The translations under genes were made by a program, and so were the position numbers. The notes under the pieces are model-generated. The model did no database searches. It was not told the DNA's origin and saw only the letters and a program-made list of their open reading frames with translations. A stretch of DNA of 32,000 bases. Origin: Mycobacterium leprae TN (GTDB lineage: Bacteria > Actinomycetota > Actinomycetes > Mycobacteriales > Mycobacteriaceae). Below are positions 1-10,308 of this stretch, in pieces. The stretch spans positions 2,280,001 through 2,312,000 of the forward strand of contig NC_002677.1 in NCBI RefSeq assembly GCF_000195855.1, given 5' to 3'. Numbering within the stretch: the stretch's first letter is position 1; the number at the start of each line of letters is the position of its first letter.

Positions 1-171
1 CCATTTTGGCGGCATACGTACGCCGATCGCCGAGGGGGCTTGCAGCAGTTCGGCACCGTGTTAACGGTATCACAAATCGCTGACCTGGCGGCCATCAGCT
101 CTGTTTACCGCCGCTATCTCACCGAGCGTCCACTGATATTTTCAGAGTATCTCCTGATGTTCAGCAGCTGA
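1..171 (+). pseudogene. Possible TetR-family regulator relic (HTH region only, frameshifted, C-terminal part missing)
   Basis: Frame 3 reads ILAAYVRRSPRG. Frame 1 reads GLQQFGTVLTVSQIADLAAISSVYRRYLTERPLIF and stops at TGA 169-171. Together these resemble the TetR N-terminal HTH pattern (ILxAAxxxF..G...TVxxIAxxAGVSxxxxYxYFxxKxxL). A TetR gene convergent with rplL is what I recall at this position in M. tuberculosis (Rv0653c). There is no room for a full-length gene before rplL. Confidence 0.25.
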
Positions 172-434
172 CGACGAAATAATGGTAGCCGTAACCCGCC
201 CAATTCTAGAGCACTGATACACAGGTTTTTATGATGCTGGATCTGGCCGGGTACTACGGCAACGACAGCGCTGCCGTCGATCCGGTACGTGGCTCAATGA
301 GCTCGAATCTGCTTGCCGCTTTAGGCGATTCACCCAGGCGCGCGTGCATCAATCGCAACGCCCGGCGGCCAGCGTGAACTGAAAACACGAAACCCCAGGC
401 CCTGCGCGGATTCCAGGGTGTTCGCGAATTGACC

Positions 435-827
435 TTACTTGACACTGACAGTGGCGCCGGTGGCCTCGAGTTTGGCCTTGGCGTCGTCGGCGGCCTCCTT
501 GGCGACCTTCTCCAGCAGCAGCTTGGGCACGCCGTCGACCAGGTCCTTGGCCTCCTTGAGGCCAAGGCCAGAGACGATCTCGCGAACAACCTTTATGACG
601 CCGATCTTCTTGTCGCCGGCGCTTTCGAGAATGACGTCGAACTCGGACTGTTCCTCGGCAGCTTCGCCGGCCTCGCCGGCCGCGGGTGCACCAGCAACGG
701 CAACAGAGACCGGAGCGGCCGCGGTGACCTCGAAGGTCTCCTCGAACTTTTTGACGAAGTCCGAAAGTTCCAACAAGGTCATTTCCTTGAACACGTCCAG
801 CAGTTCGTCACTAGAGAGCTTTGACAT
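435..827 (-). CDS. rplL: 50S ribosomal protein L7/L12
   Basis: 130-aa [37 protein letters not shown]...[44 protein letters not shown]. It has the canonical L7/L12 N-terminal dimerisation region, an Ala/Glu hinge and the C-terminal domain. It lies directly downstream of rplJ. Confidence 0.97.
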   Translation of the reverse strand: MSKLSSDELLDVFKEMTLLELSDFVKKFEETFEVTAAAPVSVAVAGAPAAGEAGEAAEEQSEFDVILESAGDKKIGVIKVVREIVSGLGLKEAKDLVDGVPKLLLEKVAKEAADDAKAKLEATGATVSVK

Positions 828-862
828 GGGGGTGGGGTCCTTCCTTGATTTCTGGTGCTTGG

Positions 863-1396
863 CTATTCGGCTGAGGCCGGTTCGAAAGCTTTCTTTTCCT
901 GCAATGCGGCGGTGAGCCTTGCCATCTGCGAGGTCGGCGCATTGAATAGTCCGATCGCCTTGGCGAAGGTGCCCTTCATGGCGCCGGCCAGTTTGGCTAG
1001 CAACACCTCACGGGACTCCAGGTCGGCGATGCGCTCGACTTCGGCGACAGTCATCGGATGGCCATCCATGTAGCCTCCCTTAATCACCAGCGCCTTGTGT
1101 TCCTTGGCGAACGTCTTGATGGCCTTGGCGGCATCGACCGGCTCACCGGTGACGAACGCGATCGCCGTCGGGCCGGCGAATAACTCGTCGAGCCCCTCGA
1201 TGCCGACTTCGGAGGCCGCCCGCTTAATGAGCGTGTTCTTGGCCACCGCATAGCTGGCCGAACCCGTGAGCGACCGGCGCAGCTCGGCCAAGTTAGCCAC
1301 CGTCAAGCCGCGATATTCGGTAATCAACGCTGCCGTCGCAGCCTTAAACTGCTCGGCGATGTTTGCAACGGCGGTGGCCTTGTCAGCCCTAGCCAT
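863..1396 (-). CDS. rplJ: 50S ribosomal protein L10
   Basis: The ORF-track frame 863..1441 contains [18 protein letters not shown]...[19 protein letters not shown], typical of L10. I place the start at ATG 1396. GGAGG lies 6 nt upstream on the coding strand (ctcaGGAGGtatgcATG). The 15 codons further upstream have no counterpart in L10 as I recall it. Confidence 0.93.
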   Translation of the reverse strand: MARADKATAVANIAEQFKAATAALITEYRGLTVANLAELRRSLTGSASYAVAKNTLIKRAASEVGIEGLDELFAGPTAIAFVTGEPVDAAKAIKTFAKEHKALVIKGGYMDGHPMTVAEVERIADLESREVLLAKLAGAMKGTFAKAIGLFNAPTSQMARLTAALQEKKAFEPASAE

Positions 1397-1500
1397 GCAT
1401 ACCTCCTGAGGTGAAAGTCGGGTTGCGACTGGAGTCTGCAACCTACCGGGGAGAATGACGAACGCCCCGGAGCAGGAAGCGGCCGGGGCGTTAAAATACG
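1397..1500 (-). promoter_or_regulatory. rplJ 5-prime leader with a stable hairpin (candidate L10/L12 autoregulatory leader)
   Basis: Perfect 10-bp inverted repeat AACGCCCCGG (1461-1470) / CCGGGGCGTT (1483-1492) with a 12-nt loop, about 65 nt upstream of the rplJ start. The GGAGG Shine-Dalgarno is at about 1403-1407. Function is inferred from position only. Confidence 0.3.
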
Positions 1501-1677
1501 CCGGCGCACGCCGGCGGGGGTGCCTCGTCCTCCTGCGTGGGCCGCCCGGGATGTTACCGAGCCTTCAACCGACTCTTTCGGTCACTGACGGTCTTAGGTG
1601 GATCAACTATCACAATAGTGCGATGCCCCGGCATCAACCAAAACATTAACGCGGTAGTCCTGCCATCACGGTCCGCA

Positions 1678-2050
1678 CTACAGCCCCTCGAGCCTGGCGG
1701 CACCAACCAGACCGACCTTGCCACCGAGCTCAGCCAACATCACATGCAGGTCAGCCCAAAATCCAGCCCTGCGTAGTTGGCCAACACCGCGTACAGCTAG
1801 CCGAAAAGCAACCGACCAAATTTAGGGACGCCATCGCCGACCACGACGAAGTCTAGATCCCACACCACCACAACCGAGGCGATCGTCCTCGCAAGCGCGG
1901 CGGTACCTAGGTGAAATGCCCACCCCGCTGCATCGGCCACTTCCCTGACGCCGGTGACCCAACGAACAGTTCCGATAACTTCGCCGAAACAACCTGGATA
2001 CCCGCACGTTACGACACTAGCCGGTGGTAGGTTCCCGTCTCGGACAAACA
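1678..2050 (-). pseudogene. ROK-family sugar kinase relic (C-terminal third only, frameshifted)
   Basis: Reverse-strand frames read VRDGNLPPASVVTCGYPGCFGEVIG, then VVVWDLDFVVVGDGVPKFGRLLF, then LANYAGLDFG, then LHVMLAELGGKVGLVGAARLEGL* (TAG at 1678-1680). This matches the ROK C-terminal pattern CGCGxxGCxE ... LDLDxVVIGGGV ... AELGxxAGLVGAA. There is at least one frameshift and the N-terminal two thirds are absent. The position corresponds to Rv0650 as I recall it. Confidence 0.45.
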
Positions 2051-2070
2051 GACCACTTTAGGATTTGACC

Positions 2071-2214
2071 ATGCCCGTCCTCGCCTCCCCCGTAGCCGAC
2101 GAACACAGCACCCTGCGCGCGTTCTTGGCCTTTCACCAGAGTGCTTTCTTCGCGATGTCCTATAGCCTCACTGATGAACAGGCCCGGTGTTCTAGGAAAT
2201 CATCGTAATTTAGA
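2071..2214 (+). pseudogene. Short DinB/DUF664-like N-terminal fragment (47 codons)
   Basis: MPVLASPVADEHSTLRAFLAFHQSAFFAMSYSLTDEQARCSRKSS*. The ExxTLxAFLxxxRxxxxxxxxGLTDEQ pattern resembles DUF664/DinB_2 N-termini. It is too short to be functional, so this is a weak call. Confidence 0.2.
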
Positions 2215-2287
2215 GTAGGTAGTCAGTGACGCCCTGGCGTCACACTGAATTGGGACCCAACACCACCAGTTTGGCACACTACACAGA

Positions 2288-3634
2288 ATGAGTTCCACCA
2301 ATAACCACCAGGTGGTCAAGCTAGACCGAGTGCCCTTACCTGTCGAAGCGGCCCGGATAGCAGCCACATATTGGCAAATCACCCGCGCTGCCGCTCGCGT
2401 CGCAACCAAGCTGGCGGGCAAGGGTCCGTGGCAGCAAAAGGTGATCAGGGAAATCCCGCAGACCTTTGCTAACCTAGGGCCGACGTACGTTAAGTTCGGA
2501 CAGATCATAGCGTCCAGCCCCAGCGCATTTGGTGAGTCGCTGGCGCGCGAATTCCGTGGCCTGCTCGACCAAGTGCCACCAGCCGACACGAACGAGGTGC
2601 ACAAGCTGTTCGTCGAGGAGCTTGGCGACGCGCCTTCCAAACTGTTCGCCAGCTTCTCCGAAGAGCCGTTCGCGTCGGCGTCCATCGCTCAGGTACATTC
2701 CGCGATCCTGCACAGCGGCGAGCACGTCGTCGTAAAGATCCAGCGACCCGGCATCCGACGCCGAGTCGCCGCCGACCTGCAAATCCTGAAGCGCTTCGCG
2801 CAAGCAGTCGAACTAGCCAAGCTGGGCCGTCGGCTCTCGGCGCAAGACGTCGTAGCGGATTTTTCCGACAACCTTGCCGAAGAGCTGAATTTCCGTCTCG
2901 AGGCACAGTCGATGGAAGCGTGGGGCTCATACCTGCACACCTCGCCGCTAGGCAAGAACATCCGCGTACCGAAGGTGCACTGGGAATTCACGGGCGAACG
3001 GGTGTTGACGATGGAGCAGGTACATGGCATCCGCATAGACAATGCGGATGCCATCCGCAAGTCTGGCTTCGACGGCGTCGAGCTGGTCAAGGCGCTATTG
3101 TTCTCGGTGTTTGAGGGCGGTCTGCGACACGGCCTGTTCCATGGCGACCTGCACGCGGGCAACCTGCATGTTGACGACCAAGGTCGCATCGTGTTCTTCG
3201 ACTTCGGGATCATGGGCCGCATCGATCCGCGCACCCGGTGGTTACTACGCGAACTGGTATTTGCCCTGCTGGTGAAAAAGGACCACGCTGCTGCTGGCAA
3301 AATCGTCGTGTTGATGGGCGCCGTGGGCACCGTGAAACCCGAGGCTCGGGCTGCCAAAGACCTGGAAAACTTCACCACGCCTCTGGCCATGAAAACCCTC
3401 GGCGACATGTCCTACACCGATATCGGCCGGCAGCTGTCGGCGCTGTCCGACGCCTACAACGTTAAGTTGCCCCGCGAACTGGTGCTGATCGGCAAGCAAT
3501 TCCTCTACGTCGAGCGGTACATGAAGCTGCTGGCGCCGGAATGGCAGATAATGTTGGATCCGGAGCTGACAGGGTACTTCGCAAACTTTATGGTCGAAGT
3601 CAGCCGTGAGCATCAATCCGATGTGGAGATCTAG
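2288..3634 (+). CDS. ABC1/UbiB-family atypical protein kinase (Rv0647c-like)
   Basis: 448-aa ORF with ATG start. It shows ABC1 hallmarks: LGPTYVKFGQIIASSPSAFGESLAREFRGLLDQVPP, ASIAQVHSAILHSGEHVVVKIQRPG and FHGDLHAGNLHVDDQGRIVFFDFGIMG. Its stop overlaps the lipG start (TAGTG at 3632-3636). Confidence 0.9.
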   Translation: MSSTNNHQVVKLDRVPLPVEAARIAATYWQITRAAARVATKLAGKGPWQQKVIREIPQTFANLGPTYVKFGQIIASSPSAFGESLAREFRGLLDQVPPADTNEVHKLFVEELGDAPSKLFASFSEEPFASASIAQVHSAILHSGEHVVVKIQRPGIRRRVAADLQILKRFAQAVELAKLGRRLSAQDVVADFSDNLAEELNFRLEAQSMEAWGSYLHTSPLGKNIRVPKVHWEFTGERVLTMEQVHGIRIDNADAIRKSGFDGVELVKALLFSVFEGGLRHGLFHGDLHAGNLHVDDQGRIVFFDFGIMGRIDPRTRWLLRELVFALLVKKDHAAAGKIVVLMGAVGTVKPEARAAKDLENFTTPLAMKTLGDMSYTDIGRQLSALSDAYNVKLPRELVLIGKQFLYVERYMKLLAPEWQIMLDPELTGYFANFMVEVSREHQSDVEI

Positions 3635-4548
3635 TGGAAGTCCGTAGCGGTTACGCCACCTCGGGCGACTTGAAGCTGTACTACGAGGACATGGGCAACG
3701 TCGATGACCCGCCGGTACTGCTGATCATGGGGCTGGGTGCCCAACTGGTGCTGTGGCGGACCGCCTTCTGCGAAAAGCTCGTCGCTCAGGGGCTACGAGT
3801 CGTTCGGTACGACAACCGCGATGTTGGGCTTTCCAGCAGGACTGACAGCACTGAGCAGCCCTGCCCCAGTCAGCCACTGACCGCACGGCTGATCCGCTTC
3901 TGGCTCGGCCAGCGCAACGCGTGTGCGTACACGCTTGAGGACATGACCGATGACGCCGTCGCCCTGCTAGATCACCTCAGCATTGAACGGGCCCACATCG
4001 TCGGGGCATCGATGGGCGGCATGATTGCCCAAATCTTCGCGGCACGATTCCCCACGCGAACAAGGAGTCTAGCCGTCTTCTTCTCCAGCAACAATCGCCC
4101 ATTCCTGCCGCCACCCGCCCCGCGCGCCTTGCTGGCGCTTCTCACCGGCCCGCCGACCGGATCGCGGCGCGACGTGGTCGTCGATAACGTCGTGCGGGTC
4201 ACCAAAATCACCGGCAGTCCACTCTACCGCATGCCTGAAGAACAAGTCCGCACCAACGCTGCCGAGATATACGACCGCAGTTTCTACCCGTTGGGTGTCA
4301 GTCGACAGTTTAGCGCGATCCTGGGCAGCGGCAGCCTGCTGCACTATAACCAACGCATAATCGCACCGACTGTGGTGATTCATGGCCGAGCCGACAAACT
4401 GGTGCGGCCCTCCAGCGGCCGCGCCGTCGCCCGCGCCATCACCGGCGCCCGACTGGTGTTATTCGACGGAATGGGCCATGATCTACCGCAACAACTGTGG
4501 GATCAGGCGGTCGGCGTATTAATGAGCAACTTTGCCAAAGCCAGTTAA
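3634..4548 (+). CDS. lipG: Alpha/beta-hydrolase lipase/esterase LipG
   Basis: 304-aa ORF with a GTG start that overlaps the upstream stop by 1 nt. It has the nucleophile elbow HIVGASMGGMIAQ (GxSxG), an LLIMGLG oxyanion region and a C-terminal GMGHDLP histidine motif. It sits between the ABC1 kinase and mmaA1, as I recall for M. tuberculosis Rv0646c. Confidence 0.85.
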   Translation: MEVRSGYATSGDLKLYYEDMGNVDDPPVLLIMGLGAQLVLWRTAFCEKLVAQGLRVVRYDNRDVGLSSRTDSTEQPCPSQPLTARLIRFWLGQRNACAYTLEDMTDDAVALLDHLSIERAHIVGASMGGMIAQIFAARFPTRTRSLAVFFSSNNRPFLPPPAPRALLALLTGPPTGSRRDVVVDNVVRVTKITGSPLYRMPEEQVRTNAAEIYDRSFYPLGVSRQFSAILGSGSLLHYNQRIIAPTVVIHGRADKLVRPSSGRAVARAITGARLVLFDGMGHDLPQQLWDQAVGVLMSNFAKAS

Positions 4549-5466
<918 letters not shown>

Positions 5467-5625
5467 CGGCCACTATGAATTCTTGATCCGAGAAAACTCG
5501 ATCGAGGTTTAACGATCCAGTCATGAAGCGGATAGTATGCCTCGAGCAAACCAGGTGAATTTTTTTCTGCGCCTTTCGTCCAAACACCGGCGGGCCGATG
5601 CGAGTGTGAAAAAGCACACGAGACC

Positions 5626-6504
5626 ATGACCAGGGAAGTGACGCCACAGTTAGCCAATGTCAGACGCATAACGATCTATCTGACGACTTCTTCTGCCTGT
5701 TTTTGGACCCCAACCAGACCCACAGCTGCGCATACTGCGAACATCGAAGAACATGGATGTTGGAAGAAGCCGCTACTCGTCAAGATCGACTTGGCCGCTG
5801 GTCAAGCTGGGCTTGAAACCCGGAATGACGTTGCTCGACAGGGGCTATGGCTGGAGCGCCACCATGCGGCGGACGATCGAGAAGTACGAAATGAACGTCA
5901 TCGTCCTCACGTTGTCGAAAAATCAGACTGCCCAGACTCAGAAATCGTTCGACCAGATGAACAGCCCACACAGCAAGCGTATGGTGTTCGATGGTTGGGA
6001 ACAGTTCCGTGATCCTGTCGACCGCATCATGTCAATCGTCGCATTTGAGCACTTCGGCCACGGTAGCTACGACGATTTCTTTGAACTAGCCTACAGCACC
6101 CTGCCTGACGACGGTGCGATGCTATGGCACACGATCACCGGGCTGACCAAACAGCAGATGATCGGCAACGGCTTTCTGCTATCGCTCATATATAACTCAT
6201 ATATAACCCGTTTCTTCTGGTTTATTTTCACCGAAATTTCCCAAGCGACCGGGTGCCAACTATTGAAATGATGGAGGAGAGTACGCCGAAAGCTAGCTTC
6301 AAGCCAGCCTGTCGCCAGTCGCTGCAGCCACACTACGCCCGAACTCTCGACTTGTGGGCCGAGACGTTCGAGAAGAACCAAAGTGCGGCCATCGCGATTC
6401 AATCCAAAGAAGTTTACGAGCAGTACACCATGAAGTACCGCAAGGGATGCACCAAGCTGTTCCACGCCGGCTAAATCAATTTCAAGCAGTTCATCCCGGA
6501 TGAA
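5626..6504 (+). pseudogene. mmaA2: mmaA2 pseudogene (CMAS-family methyltransferase, multiple frameshifts and stops)
   Basis: CMAS similarity is spread over three frames: [80 protein letters not shown]...VDRIMSIVAFEHFGH, PTIEMMEES and [36 protein letters not shown]. An in-frame TAA at 6472-6474 replaces a conserved Tyr in the GYI motif. An 11-bp tandem duplication lies at 6185-6206. It is the second gene of the mmaA1-4 series. Confidence 0.85.
6185..6206. repeat. Perfect 11-bp tandem duplication (CTCATATATAA x2) inside the mmaA2 pseudogene
   Basis: ctcatatataa at 6185-6195 is repeated exactly at 6196-6206. It is A/T-rich in a GC-rich gene, and its length is not a multiple of 3, so it shifts the frame. 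Confidence 0.9.
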
Positions 6505-6650
6505 TATAATGATAGCGTCAGTCGGACTGCAATCTGACCGAACTCCAATCGAGATAAATTAACTAGAGTTAGTGTATAAGATATCTTTGGACCCGTGTAG
6601 ATTTCCGGGGGGTCGCCTCGTCAAGGTGCCTATCCACCGGGGAGAACACA

Positions 6651-7536
6651 ATGCCTGACAGTCCAGCAGGCGCCGCACGGACGCAGTTTAATGTAGACGA
6701 CGTTCAGGCGTACTACGGCCTTTCGAACGAATTCTTCGCACTGTTTCAGGCCCCGACTCGCACCTACAGTTGCGCATGTTTTCGGACGAAGACATGACCC
6801 CGCACGAAGCGCAGGTAACCGAACTCAGTTTGGCGCTCGACACGCTGGAACTGCAGACAGGAATAAGATCCTGCTCGATATTGGCTACGACGGAGACTCG
6901 ATGATGAAGCGGACCATCGGGTACTATGACGTCAACGTCGTCAGGTTGACCTTGTCCAAGAACCAGAATACTTACCGCCGGCAGGTGCTCGACGAAATTG
7001 ATGTGAACCGCTCGCAGCGAACGCCACTGTGCGACTGGGCTGACGTCGACGAGCCGGTGCGGTGGACCGGCTCGTCATCATCAAAGCGTTAGAAAACTTC
7101 GGTTTTGAGTGCTATGACATTTTCTTCAAGTTCGCCTACAACGCGCTCCCCGCTAACGGAGTGATACTACTGCACTCGATCACCAAGCTGCATCCAAAGC
7201 AGGTCATCGAGCGCAGCATAGCTATGCTGATACAAATAACTAAGTTCATCTCATCAGGTTCATAATCAACGACATCTTACCGGGTAGCCCAGCTGCCGAT
7301 GATCGAGACCGTCAAGGAACACTCAACGCAGGTCAGCTTCAGGATAGTCCACATCCAGTCGCTGCAGCCGGACTTCGCCAAAACCTTTGACCTGCGTGCC
7401 GCAGGCTCTCCAGATAAGCAAGAACAAAGCTATCGCGATCGAGTCCGAAGAAGAGATAATGAAGTACCTGACCTTCTGCGCCAAGGCATTCCGGATGGGC
7501 TACATCGACGGCAACTAGTTCACCCCCGAGAAGCAG
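6651..7536 (+). pseudogene. mmaA3: mmaA3 pseudogene (CMAS-family methyltransferase, heavily frameshifted)
   Basis: It starts [44 protein letters not shown] and then loses frame. Later pieces are YDVNVVRLTLSKNQNTYRRQVLDEIDVNRS, IIKALENFGFECYDIFFKFAYNALPANGVILLHSITKLHPKQVIERSI, HIQSLQPDFAKTFDL and GYIDGN*FTPEK. There are several stops and frameshifts. It is the third gene of the mmaA series. Confidence 0.85.
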
Positions 7537-7600
7537 AAGTTATGGTTGCACGTCATATAAACACTTCATATAAAACCGACCTTGGTACGTGCGTCAGGCA

Positions 7601-8527
7601 ATGAACATCATGCAGGAGAACAAGACGACAATGACTGAGCAACCGACTGGCCCGACAAAAACGCGGACGCGCTCCGAAGATATCCAAGCGCACTACGATC
7701 TTTCGAACGAATTCTTCGCACTGTTCCAGGACCCCACCCGCACCTACAGCTGCGCCTATTTCGAGCCACCAGACCTCACGCTCGAAGAAGCCCAGTACGC
7801 CAAGATCGACCTCAACCTGAACAAGCTGGACCTCAAGCCGGGAATGACTCTGTTGGACATCGGCTGCGGTTGGGGCACCACCATGCGGCGCGCCGTTGAG
7901 AAGTATGATGTCAAAGTTATCGGCTTGACTTTGTCCAAGAATCAGCACGCACGTTGTGAGCAAGTGCTAACCGCCCTCGAGAGCAACCGTTCACGTCAAG
8001 TGCGGCTGCAAGGCTGGGAGGATTTCACCGAGCCGGTCGACCGGATCGTGTCGATCGAGGCCTTCGAACACTTCGGGCACGAGAACTACGACGACTTCTT
8101 CAAGCGGTGTTTCAACATCATGCCCTCCGACGGTCGGATGACGGTCCAAAGTAGTGTCAGCTACCACCCCTTCGACATGGCTGCCAGGGGTAAGAAGCTC
8201 AGCTTCGAAACGGCTCGCTTCATCAAGTTCATCATCACCGAGATATTTCCAGGTGGGCGGCTGCCATCGACCAAGATGATGGTTGAACACGGCGAGAAGG
8301 CAGGATTCACCGTCTCCGAACCGCTGTCGCTGCAATCGCACTATGTCAAGACACTGCGAATCTGGGGCGACACCCTAGAATCCAACCGGGCAAAGGCCAT
8401 CGAAGTCACCTCTGAAGCGGTCTACAACCGGTACATGAAGTACCTGCGCGGCTGCGCGCACTACTTCTCCGACGAGATGCTGGACTGTAGCCTAGTGACC
8501 TACCTCAAGCCGGGCGCCTTAGACTAG
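7601..8527 (+). CDS. mmaA4: Mycolic acid methyltransferase MmaA4 (hydroxymycolate synthase type)
   Basis: Intact CMAS-family ORF: [105 protein letters not shown]...[16 protein letters not shown]. The start is ambiguous, with in-frame GTG 7589, ATG 7601, ATG 7610 and ATG 7631 (AGGAGA at 7613-7618). The end is firm. Confidence 0.9.
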   Translation: MNIMQENKTTMTEQPTGPTKTRTRSEDIQAHYDLSNEFFALFQDPTRTYSCAYFEPPDLTLEEAQYAKIDLNLNKLDLKPGMTLLDIGCGWGTTMRRAVEKYDVKVIGLTLSKNQHARCEQVLTALESNRSRQVRLQGWEDFTEPVDRIVSIEAFEHFGHENYDDFFKRCFNIMPSDGRMTVQSSVSYHPFDMAARGKKLSFETARFIKFIITEIFPGGRLPSTKMMVEHGEKAGFTVSEPLSLQSHYVKTLRIWGDTLESNRAKAIEVTSEAVYNRYMKYLRGCAHYFSDEMLDCSLVTYLKPGALD

Positions 8528-8648
8528 TGCCGCCCTACACTTCGGGCAAGTGGTTGGATTACCGGCTGCGCCGTTCGTCGAATAAGTAGTTACTAACTTA
8601 GTTTAGAGTGCAGCACAAGACTTCACTCACTAACGTTCGGTGACGAAC

Positions 8649-8950
8649 ATGCAGTACTTCGCCCTCTTTGATCAGCAAGGAACAAAATCTCACGCCCGAC
8701 GAACGGGCCTCATGACGGGCCGCGTTTGAGAGCTTCCATTTCAAAGCTGCCGCAGTAATCCAGTCCGGTGCTGTCTTTACCACCCACGGCTGTCAGAGTG
8801 CAGATCACCAACAGTCCCTTCGCCGAGGTGGGCCCCTGCGGCTAACTACGTTTTCGAAGCCAAAAACTTCGACGAGACACTGACGTTGGCGCTCTGCATC
8901 CGGGTCACCTCGTATGGCGCCGTGGAGGTGCGGCTGGCTAATGGCGGGCT
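8649..8950 (+). pseudogene. YCII/DGPF-domain protein relic, copy 1
   Basis: It starts MQYFALFDQQGTKSH and then stops. Later frames give SPFAEVGP and APAANYVFEAKNFDETLTLALCIRVTSYGAVEVRL. This matches the DGPF/YCII pattern (M.Y..L.. ... DGPFAE.KE.LGGYY..EA.d.DEAl..A.r.P....G.VEVRP). There is at least one stop and one frameshift or deletion. Confidence 0.5.
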
Positions 8951-9050
8951 GGAGGAGCCCGACGCAACTGCTGGAGGGCATCAACTGGATCACACTCTGT
9001 TGGAGCCGCCAGACTGGCCGGTGGATCCCAGCTCGCCGCACTGGGAGGCG

Positions 9051-9330
9051 ATGGTGGTAATGAACGCCAGAAGTCCGAGGCCACCATCGGCGTACGTCAC
9101 ATAAAGGCCCAGCACCAGCCTAAATAAGCTATCCACCACGACCACCCTGCTGGCATGTGACAGCCGAGCTTCTCATCACGAACGAACCTTACGTGGAGGG
9201 GGCACCGAAGTCGCCAACGGCTTCTATGTGTTTAGCGCAAATTACCGCAACGAGGCAGTCAAGGTCACGTCCATGATCCCCGCCTCCACCCTGCAGCAGC
9301 TAGCGGGTGTCTCGGTCCTGTATACCCAGC
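9051..9330 (+). pseudogene. YCII/DGPF-domain protein relic, copy 2
   Basis: ATG 9051 is preceded by GGGAGG. The frames give VTAELLITNEPYVEGAP, then after a 1-nt shift EVANGFYVFSANYRNEAVKVTSMIPAS...GVSVLYTQP. This parallels TDGPYAE.KE.LGGFY..EA.D.DEA..WA...PA...G.VEVRP. In-frame stops are present. Confidence 0.45.
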
Positions 9331-9333
9331 CGA

Positions 9334-10236
9334 ATGACCAAACTGGCCAGCGTCTTTCGTCGGGAGTGTGAGACTGGCCTTCGCCGTGCTCACGCGGTAG
9401 TCCAGGGACCTCACCATCACGTAGAACGCCGTATAATAAACTTGCGTCGAGACGAAGAGTTCCGCAGCTGGCCCCGCTATGGCGTTCCCGATCACCCCGG
9501 CAGGACGGCTCTACGTCGCGAATCAACAAGTCCCGGGAAGAAATTGGCGGCCGTGAAAAGCCATGTAGTAGAAGACATCCGGGTATTTACCGGTCGCTGC
9601 AACCTGCATACGGGCCGCGATAAGGAGTGGTGGATAATGTTCGCTTGCGCGCACCCGGCACTGGATCGTCAGTCACTACTCGCACTCACACTGCGGTTGG
9701 TGTCCGGGGTTGGCCTTCGCCGAGATCGCAGTGCGCTACTGCAGACGGATACCGTGGTCGGACAACGAATCACCGGCGTCAAGAAACAAGATTCGGCACA
9801 CCAACATCCCATTGCAGGTGCCGCCCGTCGAGCTGCTGCCTCAGCGCATGCCTAACGCGCTCAGTTGCATCTACTCAGTGTTCGCAGAAGGTTATTGAGA
9901 TCGACGGCGGAATCGTCCAGCGATTCGTGACAAATTGCACGACGAAGAGATCCTGATAGCCGGAGAGCTGTGCGCGCTGATACCCAACGAGCTGGAGGCG
10001 CATGCTTTACTTTAACAGCCCTGATGCTGCGGCATGATTCACGACGACTAACGCGGGTGAATGACGCCGACACACTGGGCTCGCTCGAGAATCAAGACCA
10101 CCCGTCAGTGGTATCCACGGCCACATCACCGGTGGCCTGGACCGCTTGCAACAGGCTCAAGCAAGGGTCGACGGGCCAACATCTGCCGCCGGCAGCGATC
10201 ACCGCACTGCACATTACGGCACCGACACTGGCCTAG
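9334..10236 (+). pseudogene. ECF-type sigma-70 factor relic of the DGPF-associated, C-terminally extended kind (ECF42-like); frameshifted and 3-prime truncated
   Basis: The pieces, read across three frames, are MTKLASVFRRE...WPRYGVPDHPG (region 2; compare WPRDGVPDNPGAWL), ALTLRLVSG and AEIAVRYCRRIPWSDNESPASRNKIRHTNIPLQVPPVELLPQRMPNALSCIYSVFAEGY (region 4 plus the IPFRVP...LAAVLxVLYLVFNEGY pattern), and LTALMLRHDSRRLTRVNDADTLGSLENQDHPSVV...GQHLPPAAITALH (compare LALMLLHDSRRxARV...LLEDQDRSRWD...PYQLQAAIAALH). There are several stops. Roughly the last 100 codons are missing, where the relic meets the rplA 3-prime end. Confidence 0.55.
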
Positions 10237-10308
10237 CCACGCTGAAACAGGTGACACATGATCCCCGGGCGGTCTTGCCCGCTCGAATCTCATCGCATCG
10301 ATGCGCGG

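Noticed and set aside
385-434. Possible intrinsic terminator downstream of rplL
   Set aside because: It has only a 5-bp stem (CCCTG/CAGGG) with a 9-nt loop, and an interrupted T-tract follows 8 nt later. That is too weak to call.
429-915. Plus-strand ORFs of 131 and 158 aa overlapping rplL
   Set aside because: They are antisense shadow ORFs of a highly conserved ribosomal protein gene in GC-rich DNA. Their composition is Ala/Ser/Leu-rich and low in complexity, and no start or SD context is visible.
863-1441. Longer N-terminal extensions offered by the ORF track for rplJ (1441), mmaA1 (4576), rplA (11028), hadB (14103), the VapB-like ORF (15389), mutY (23366) and lpqF (25381)
   Set aside because: The extensions start at TTG or lack an SD, add residues not seen in the families as I recall them, or overlap the upstream gene extensively. 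Internal ATG or GTG starts with better context were preferred.
2689-3408. 239-aa minus-strand ORF inside the ABC1 kinase gene
   Set aside because: It is antisense to a gene with clear kinase motifs. It is Arg/Ser/Pro-rich and shows no family resemblance.
9307-9855. 182-aa plus-strand ORF as an intact gene
   Set aside because: It is one frame of the decayed ECF sigma factor. Only its first 60 or so residues follow the family pattern, and the conserved downstream segments continue in the other two frames.
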